Positions 17,140 through 23,993 of a stretch of 32,000 bases of DNA are shown piece by piece (position 1 is the first letter of the stretch; each line of letters opens with the position of its first letter). Under the pieces are notes generated by a model. It did no database searches. It saw only the letters and a program-made list of their open reading frames with translations, and was not told the origin of the DNA. The translations under genes and the position numbers were made by a program. Origin of the DNA: Ferroglobus placidus DSM 10642 (GTDB taxonomy: Archaea; Halobacteriota; Archaeoglobi; Archaeoglobales; Archaeoglobaceae); the NCBI RefSeq assembly GCF_000025505.1, contig NC_013849.1, forward strand, positions 1,860,001 through 1,892,000. Direction: 5' to 3'.

Positions 17140-18338
17140 TCACCCAGTCAAATAAAGCATGGTTGCACCTATTAGCACAGTCAAAAAAGTTAAAGGCGCA
17201 CCAACTTTAAGGTATTCGAAGAAGTTGACGGTTATTCCATGCTTTTCTGCATTCTCCACAACTATCAAATTTGCAACACTTCCTATAATTGTCAGATTTC
17301 CAGCAAATGTTGAGGACATGGCTAAAATGTACCACAAATTACCGTTTGCAGCCTGAACTGCGGGAAGAACCATCATAACGAACGGAACGTTGCTCACAAG
17401 ATTGCTACCCACTACTGTCAGGAAGCTCATCCAATAATATGACGTAAGACTATCCTCATAGCTCAGCATGGATACCAGATAGTCTCCGTAGGCTTTCTCG
17501 AAACCGTGCATGACTATGAAGAGATTGCAAAAGAGAAGCAGCAAACTCCAGTCAACTCTTTCCAGAGCTTCCTTTGGCTTTATTCCTCCTATTGCAAAAA
17601 TCGTAGCAGCACCAATTAATGCTGCGAGCGAGATAGGATAAACTTCGGTTATAAACAGGAGTAGCACGAGCATGAACACAGCTAAACTTTTAGCAGTCAG
17701 TTTTCTGTCAAGGCTGATCTCAATCTCTACAGCCCTGAAATTATTCAACTCTTTCCTGTAGATTAAATAGATGACCGCATAAGTCACAAAAAGCCCAGTA
17801 ATACTTACCGGAAGCATTTTTGCAGCAAATTCGATGAATCCAACGCCTGACTTCATACCGATAAGCATGTTTTGCGGATTGCCAACAATCGTTGCAGCAC
17901 TTCCGATGTTTGCGGAGGTCGCTAAAGCTATGAGCAAAGGCACGGGATTTATTCCCGACGCCAAAGCCAACCTCACAACGACAGGAGTCACATGAAGACG
18001 CATATCGTGTCGTTTACGAAGAAGGCTGATAGAAAGCCAGCCAAAAAAACTATGGTGAAAAGCAACCTCTTCCCATTTCCAGAAAACCTCATGATTTTGT
18101 AAGCGAGATAATCGAAAAATCCTGCGATGCCAAGATAAGCTGTTAGAACCATCATCCCAAAAAGTAAAATTATCGTGTTGTAGTCTATCGCACTAACAGC
18201 CTCATCGAGGCTCAAAACACCGAAAGCAAGCATTAAAGCGGCTCCGATTGTAGATGCTGCGGGCCTATCTATTCTGCTGTAGATATTTTGCAATGAGATG
18301 AGAGCGTAAGTTAGGATGAATATCAAAAGCTCGATCAA
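17140..18338 (-). pseudogene. ArsB/NhaD-superfamily (YbiR/citrate-transporter-like) permease interrupted by a frameshift at 17988-18003
   Basis: Two overlapping ORFs (17988-18338 and 17140-18003) read '...FFVNDTICVFM*' and 'MRLHVTPVVVRLALASGINP...'. Together they reconstitute the contiguous NDxxxxxxTP(I/V)V and 'GNPQNMLIG' permease core. TTG start at 18338 has a perfect SD, GGAGGTGAT, 4 nt upstream. Confidence 0.8.
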
Positions 18339-18382
18339 AAAATCACCTCCGTAAGGGTTCTAAACGTTTTATCTTAACTTGG

Positions 18383-19276
18383 TTAGCTAATACCCAGCCT
18401 AACCCTGACGTAATCGAAAATCACCTTTGGAACGTTTATGCCGGTTGCTTTTTCGAAGCCTTCAAATCCTGGAGATGAGTTTACCTCACACACCATGTAG
18501 CTATCTCCATTGAAAAGAACGTCCACGCCAGCTATATCCAAGCCCAGCAATTTCGCAGACTCAACAGCAAGCCATTCAACAGCAGGATTTAGATTAAATG
18601 GAGATACTTCCCCTCCTGATGAAAAATTAGCCTTGAACTTCTCTCCCTTAGCTTTTCTGAGCATTGCACCGATTGCTCTTCCACCTACAACAAAAACACG
18701 GATATCCCTCCCTTTACTTGATGAGACAAACTCCTGAATAATCAAATTAACTTTTGGGTCCTTTGAAATTTCCAGTAAACCTAAAAGATCTTCTAGCTGA
18801 GCTCTGTTCTCGCAGAGGAAAACGCCTTTTCCATGGGAGCCGGAGACAGTCTTTACTATTAGGGGATAGTTAAACTCCTTCTCAACTATGTCAACATTCA
18901 GAGGAAACTTGGCAAGCATGGTTTTGGGGATCGGAATGTTATTTGCAGCGAGTATTTGGAGGGTAGCAAGTTTATCCTTAGCGGCTTCTATGCTCTGACT
19001 TGAATTAAGAACGAAAACACCAAGTTTTTCGAGATGTCTTATCACGGCCAAGGCAAAGTAAGTTGTGCCCGCGCCCATTCTTGGAATCAGACAGTCCGGC
19101 AAGTCCGATGGACTGCCGTTGAAAAATAAACTCCTCCCCTCCCTCGTAACGATTATATCAAATTCTTCTGGTGCAACCAATTGAAGCTCAATTCCCATCT
19201 TCTCCGCTTCTTCTTGAAAACGCCTATTTTCATACGATTTGAAATTCTTCTCTTTCGCGAGAATCCAAACCCTCAT
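18383..19276 (-). CDS. rimK: RimK-family alpha-L-glutamate ligase (ATP-grasp), ~297 aa
   Basis: 'YPLIVKTVSGSHGKGVFL', 'IIQEFV..SKGRDIRVFVVGG' and 'GLDIAGVDVLFNGDSYMVCEVNSSPGFEG' are present. ATG at 19276 (SD-like GGGGAT upstream) is preferred over the ATG at 19297. Confidence 0.88.
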   Translation of the reverse strand: MRVWILAKEKNFKSYENRRFQEEAEKMGIELQLVAPEEFDIIVTREGRSLFFNGSPSDLPDCLIPRMGAGTTYFALAVIRHLEKLGVFVLNSSQSIEAAKDKLATLQILAANNIPIPKTMLAKFPLNVDIVEKEFNYPLIVKTVSGSHGKGVFLCENRAQLEDLLGLLEISKDPKVNLIIQEFVSSSKGRDIRVFVVGGRAIGAMLRKAKGEKFKANFSSGGEVSPFNLNPAVEWLAVESAKLLGLDIAGVDVLFNGDSYMVCEVNSSPGFEGFEKATGINVPKVIFDYVRVRLGIS

Positions 19277-19303
19277 AGCTATCCCCAACCGAGTCATTTT
19301 ATT

Positions 19304-20803
19304 TTAGGTCTGCTTCCGCACGTAATCTTCCACACTATTTTCGAACATTATTTGAGATTCGGAAGGTGTCGGAATTCTCTGAAACGCATCATTTGCAAAC
19401 CAGTTAAAATTAAACCATCTTAGCTGAGGATTCATGTGAGGTAAATGCATGTACATCATGAGGGTTTGAACATCTTTGATAACCGCATGCTTAATCTCGT
19501 TTTTAACAATTTTTTCGCTTAAAGCATTGTCTTCATTGAAGAATCCGATAATCTTCGCAGCTACGATCGAAAGGATTGACGAGATTAAGAAAAGGAAGTC
19601 GTAGGATGCCAGATGAATAGCGGGAATTTCTACATGACCCAAAGAGGATTCAATGTCTATTTTCAGTGTAAAATTTGTTGAGAGGAGGAAAGAGGCAATT
19701 AAACCTCCGCTTATTGATCCCGCAGCTGCGAAAATCGATGCCATCGCGTTGTTTATTGCATAATACGAAGCTGATGAGCCCTTAGGAGTTATCTTCGCGA
19801 TCATGTTCATGAACGCTATAGGTGGAACAGACGAATAGAATCCGTCAAGCATGTAGATTAAAATTAATAGCAATGGTGTGAGTGGATGCTTTTCTGGCAT
19901 CGTTGTGAATGTAAATAGCAAGGCTGCCAAGGAAAACGAAACGAAAGATAGGGTAGCCACAGGCTTATTTCCGAATCTATCCATAATTCCACCAGAAATT
20001 CTAAGGAAGTACATTGAACTTATCTGACTTAGAGACGCGAGCGCAATAACAACCCATACTGGGTATTTTAAAACTGTGATGACGTAAACCGAGAAGAATG
20101 GTAGGGCCATTTCTGAAGCGAATTTCCAGATCGATAGGGCGGAAGTTAGCTTTAAAAAGTTTGAATTCTTAAGCGGTTCTGTTAAGCTTCTTCTTCCTCT
20201 ACACTCAACCTCCACATCGTCAATCCCCTTTATGAAATACACACTTACCATTCCGGCAGCGAATGCTGTCAGAAAGAGAATTGAAAACGTTAGCTCTCCG
20301 ATAGCGTTAAAGAGGACGCTAAATGCTAAAACGATAAACAGCGCTACAAACTTACCGTAGGCAATTCTTTTCGAGTAGAACTCACCCCTGATGTGGTCGG
20401 GAATTAGATCACGCATCCAAGAGCTCCAAGAGACTGCGGAAACTTCTTTGAAAACGTTGTAGATTGCGAAAAACACTACAAATATTAGAACGTTGGAGTG
20501 AAGATTGACGAGTAGTGTAACTCCAATTGCGAGTAGTGAAATTCTGGAGATCACGTTTGCAAGCAGTGAAATTCTTTTTCTGCTGAACCTTTCAGCAATG
20601 AGAGCTGAAGGTATTTGTACTAGCTGAGAAATGTAGGATATAGCCACTACGAAACCTACCAAAACCGGTGGGGCGTTAATCGATGCAAGATATGAACTGA
20701 TTACCGAAACTGTCAACAGTGAAAACATAACCTGCGATGCTATCCCATCCATCAAAAGGTTTCTGAGGCTTTTATTCAAGTTAACTCCGCACTCTTTTCC
20801 CAT
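19304..20803 (-). CDS. Major facilitator superfamily transporter with a ~90-aa cytosolic C-terminal tail
   Basis: About 12 hydrophobic segments, with the MFS-like loop 'AERFSRKRISLL' after TM2. ATG at 20803 (GGGAGAG upstream) is preferred; the track start is the TTG at 20818. The gene ends 7-28 nt before rimK. Confidence 0.8.
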   Translation of the reverse strand: MGKECGVNLNKSLRNLLMDGIASQVMFSLLTVSVISSYLASINAPPVLVGFVVAISYISQLVQIPSALIAERFSRKRISLLANVISRISLLAIGVTLLVNLHSNVLIFVVFFAIYNVFKEVSAVSWSSWMRDLIPDHIRGEFYSKRIAYGKFVALFIVLAFSVLFNAIGELTFSILFLTAFAAGMVSVYFIKGIDDVEVECRGRRSLTEPLKNSNFLKLTSALSIWKFASEMALPFFSVYVITVLKYPVWVVIALASLSQISSMYFLRISGGIMDRFGNKPVATLSFVSFSLAALLFTFTTMPEKHPLTPLLLILIYMLDGFYSSVPPIAFMNMIAKITPKGSSASYYAINNAMASIFAAAGSISGGLIASFLLSTNFTLKIDIESSLGHVEIPAIHLASYDFLFLISSILSIVAAKIIGFFNEDNALSEKIVKNEIKHAVIKDVQTLMMYMHLPHMNPQLRWFNFNWFANDAFQRIPTPSESQIMFENSVEDYVRKQT

Positions 20804-20966
20804 ACGGGTCTCTCCCAAAACATAGCACAGTTTTCAGTATTTAGAACTGGCGGTAAGCAGTTTATCACGAATTTTAAGAATTTTCTACAGGGTAAACTTG
20901 AATACATCGCAAGAGAAAAATAATCATAATATTAATATATAATAAAAAATATTATTTCTTTTCGAA

Positions 20967-21029
20967 CTATTCTTTGGGCTTTTTAGATTTCTTCTCCTTT
21001 TTCTTTCCCTTCTTTTCTTCTTCAGCCAT
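20967..21029 (-). CDS. Candidate small ORF, 20 aa: MAEEEKKGKKKEKKSKKPKE
   Basis: The ATG at 21029 is preceded by SD GGTGA (21036-21040, 6-nt spacer) and a TATA-like ATATATAG (21064-21071). The TAG stop is followed on the minus strand by the T-tract ATATTTTTTATT. The sequence is low-complexity, so a chance ORF remains possible. Confidence 0.3.
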   Translation of the reverse strand: MAEEEKKGKKKEKKSKKPKE

Positions 21030-21157
21030 CCTATTTCACCTTGCTTTTTGTTGCTTCGACGGCTATATATCTCAATATTCTCAAAAACAGAAAGCTTTTT
21101 GTGAATTTAAAGCAACGAAGTTCTGTGCCGAAAAAGAAAGTCGATAAGCATAGCATA

Positions 21158-21751
21158 ATGTGCAAAATAATAGAGTTCGCTGAAAAAAGCGAAGAGATTA
21201 CCGTGTACAACATGGTAAAAAAGCTCAGAGAAATCGGAGTGGACGTTGAAGAAGAAACTGTTAGGAGGACTCTAAAGGAGCTGGAAAAATTTGGCATTTT
21301 GAAGTTTAAAGAAACTTGTATTGGCAGAACGAAAAAGGAGAAAAAAGTGTATACGCTTACCGTTCCACCACACATGGCCAAAAATATGGTTGAGATTCTC
21401 CTCGGCTTAAGAAGCTTTCTGCGAGAAATTACTGCGAGGGTATTTTCGTCGGTAGTTGTGCTGGTGAAAGATAGAAAGTACTCCGTCATGGGATTGGAGG
21501 GGGAACAAGATTTTAAAAAAGCTGTTTTTAATTCTGCGTTACCTCTGCTTACAGAAGCTTATAAACCTGATTTTGCTGTATTTATCTTCCGGGAACTTTC
21601 GGAAGAGCATAGATTCACGACAGTCATCGTGAGCCCATTCGGGAAGTCTATTTACAAAGTTATAGAAACAAAAGAAAAGCTCATAATTGATGAAGTTGGA
21701 CACGAGAAAGAGCTAAACGAATTGCTGGGAAGTCTGAAATTCTTCAATTGA
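21158..21751 (+). CDS. Hypothetical protein with an N-terminal winged-helix-like domain (197 aa from the ATG at 21158)
   Basis: 'ITVYNMVKKLREIGVDVEEETVRRTLKELEKFGILKF' looks like a wHTH recognition helix plus wing. I do not recognise the C-terminal ~110 aa. The track start at 21041 is a TTG with an implausible N-terminus. Confidence 0.55.
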   Translation: MCKIIEFAEKSEEITVYNMVKKLREIGVDVEEETVRRTLKELEKFGILKFKETCIGRTKKEKKVYTLTVPPHMAKNMVEILLGLRSFLREITARVFSSVVVLVKDRKYSVMGLEGEQDFKKAVFNSALPLLTEAYKPDFAVFIFRELSEEHRFTTVIVSPFGKSIYKVIETKEKLIIDEVGHEKELNELLGSLKFFN

Positions 21752-22148
21752 CTACTCTTGGAATTCGTCAAAGTTAATTTTAACAATCCCATAGGATAAA
21801 CCCGACCATTCCAATCTACTTGAAGCTTTGCAAGAACTTGCAAGCCGTAACATTTACATAATTTTACTAGCAAACGATTTCACCAGCCGATTTCACTTTT
21901 CTAAGCCTCCACCTCCATCATGACACCCTTTCATCCCGGAGTCGTGATTCAGGACTTTATCAGGTTTTACAACGAAAGAAACTCATCGGCTTCAATGCAG
22001 TGATAGATGATTGGATATTCGATGAAATTCGACAGAAAATAGACATGAACAATAGGTGAAAATAATTTCGCCCCTCAAAAGACCTCCTACTAAACTCAAA
22101 GATTCAAACATCAGCATCTTATGCATTCAATCCACTATTTCAACTCTT

Positions 22149-22811
22149 CTACGGTTCTATCCCCTTATCCGTTAGTCTGAATTCGCAAAAAGCTCCTTCC
22201 TCTCTCGATCTGTGTTTTATCAGCCTCGCAATTCTCTTTCCGTCGATTTTTTCCAGCGAAATAATGGTTTTCGAGAGGTGGTCAACGCTCGGTCCGCCCA
22301 AAGGCTTGTCTATTCCGTTTCTTACATCTGTGAACATCTGATTCGTGAAAACTACCGCTAAATCGTGTTTTCTCGCTACTCCAAGCAGAAGCGTTAGCTG
22401 TGAAATCAGCTCTCTCTTCGCTTTTATCTGCTTTTCCTCATCCTCCAGCTCGCTTCTGTAGAGAGAGGTTAGGGAGTCTATGACGACGAGAACGATCTCC
22501 TCTCTCTCGCACAACTTCGCGACTTCCCTAACTGCAACGCTTTGCATTTTAAAATCGTAAACGTCGTAGATGTAAACGTCCTTTAGAACGCTTTTGTCCT
22601 CGAAAATCTGATTTACTCTCTCGGGAGACAAGCCTTCAGTGTCGATGTAAACAGCTTTTCCAAATCTTTTGACGGTGTTGTATGTAAGCATGAGGCAGAG
22701 GGAAGTTTTTCCGCTCCCGCTAACTCCGTAGATTTGGGTTAGCGTTCCTGTTTCAACCCCTCCTCCGAGGAGCGAGTCGATGCAGGAGCTTCCGGTAGGG
22801 AGCTTCTTCAT
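22149..22811 (-). CDS. radB: DNA repair and recombination protein RadB
   Basis: RecA-core only, 220 aa. Walker A 'GVSGSGKTS', Walker B 'VLVVIDS', and N-terminal 'LPTGSSCIDSLLGGGVETG'. Confidence 0.92.
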   Translation of the reverse strand: MKKLPTGSSCIDSLLGGGVETGTLTQIYGVSGSGKTSLCLMLTYNTVKRFGKAVYIDTEGLSPERVNQIFEDKSVLKDVYIYDVYDFKMQSVAVREVAKLCEREEIVLVVIDSLTSLYRSELEDEEKQIKAKRELISQLTLLLGVARKHDLAVVFTNQMFTDVRNGIDKPLGGPSVDHLSKTIISLEKIDGKRIARLIKHRSREEGAFCEFRLTDKGIEP

Positions 22812-23950
22812 TCCATCACCTTCAGTATTCTTCTATAAACCTCTTCCGGAGACAAACTTTCGGCTTCGCAAATTCTTTTAACATCTTCGTACTCGGGTTT
22901 AACTCTGTAATCGGACACCTTTACCCTAACAACGTATTCCTTTTCGTTAATTTTCACTTTAACCTCTCTAACTTCCCTGTAGGCTTTTAACCTGTGCTCC
23001 ACGGGAACTATCCTGACTCCGAGGGAGCCTGTTAACTCCATCATCTTTTCAGCTACTTCCTCAGCCTTGTCGTAGCTGACTATTGCCGAAAGCAAGCTTC
23101 CAGCTCTTCCTTTTTTCATGAGAACCGGAGTCACATAAACATCGTGGCTAATCTCCGAAAGCTTCTCGACGGCGTAGCTCAAATACTCCGGAGAGAGATC
23201 GTCGACGTTAGTTTCCACCACAACTATCCTATCGCGAATCTTGGATTCTCCGAGTATTATCCTCAGAACGTTCGGAACCTCTGTATCTTTTTCTCCAGCT
23301 CCGTACAGAATTTTGTTGACTTTAAAAGAGCCTCTAAACGCTCCTTCCGAGAAATGGGCTAAAATTGCGGCTGCCGTAGGAGTTAGAAGTTCCCCTTCTC
23401 CTTCCATGACGATCTCGATTTTCGAATCTGCGAGAATTTCCAAAGTTGCCGGAGCGGGAGACGGATACTTCCCGTGGGAGAATTCCACGAAGCCCACTCC
23501 AACTCTAACCCTGTTCGTGTAAATTCTGTATCCTCTTTCTTTCAGCCTCAAAAAGCCAAGAGTCGAAAGTGTGATGTCGAATATTGCATCATCGCTTCCC
23601 ACCTCGTGGAACTTCGCTTTTTTGTAATCTCTTCCGTGCACCCTTCCCTCAGCTTTAGCAAGCCTTTCAAAAATTTTTATAGCCTCCTTTTTCAACCTCT
23701 CGTCAAGCTTCGAACTCTCAACGAGCCTTACAACTTCCCCGAAAGTTCTTTCCTTAGCTTCGCTCTTCACTCTGACGAGGTTTGACGCTATTCCTCTCTT
23801 GTTTACCCTCTCAATGCTACACTCAACCTCAAGGCTTAACTCTTCAACGATTTTTTCGATGTCCTCCCTCTGAATTACCTCATCATAGAGAGCTCCTATG
23901 ATCATGTTTCCACTTGCACCATTGAAAGCGTCAATTACAGCAATTTTCAT
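22808..23950 (-). CDS. larC: LarC-family nickel insertion protein (DUF111/UPF0272)
   Basis: N-terminus '[21 protein letters not shown]' is the family signature. ATG at 23950 is preferred because the longer 24010 start would overlap cdc48. The stop overlaps the radB start (ATGA). Confidence 0.85.
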   Translation of the reverse strand: MKIAVIDAFNGASGNMIIGALYDEVIQREDIEKIVEELSLEVECSIERVNKRGIASNLVRVKSEAKERTFGEVVRLVESSKLDERLKKEAIKIFERLAKAEGRVHGRDYKKAKFHEVGSDDAIFDITLSTLGFLRLKERGYRIYTNRVRVGVGFVEFSHGKYPSPAPATLEILADSKIEIVMEGEGELLTPTAAAILAHFSEGAFRGSFKVNKILYGAGEKDTEVPNVLRIILGESKIRDRIVVVETNVDDLSPEYLSYAVEKLSEISHDVYVTPVLMKKGRAGSLLSAIVSYDKAEEVAEKMMELTGSLGVRIVPVEHRLKAYREVREVKVKINEKEYVVRVKVSDYRVKPEYEDVKRICEAESLSPEEVYRRILKVME

Positions 23951-23993
23951 GCTACCACAAGACTTTTTATCTTCTAAAGATTTTACTTTAATC

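Noticed and set aside
20919-20962. An extremely AT-rich block (AATCATAATATTAATATATAATAAAAAATATTATT) considered as a possible replication-origin-type or repeat element
   Set aside because: It is short, carries no ORB-like repeats, and has no adjacent cdc6/orc1. It is adequately explained as the MFS-operon promoter plus a T-tract terminator for the upstream unit.
21031-21489. 152-aa minus-strand ORF overlapping the wHTH gene
   Set aside because: It is a low-complexity S/T/F/L-rich antisense shadow of the purine-rich plus-strand gene. It would also run through the candidate sORF promoter.
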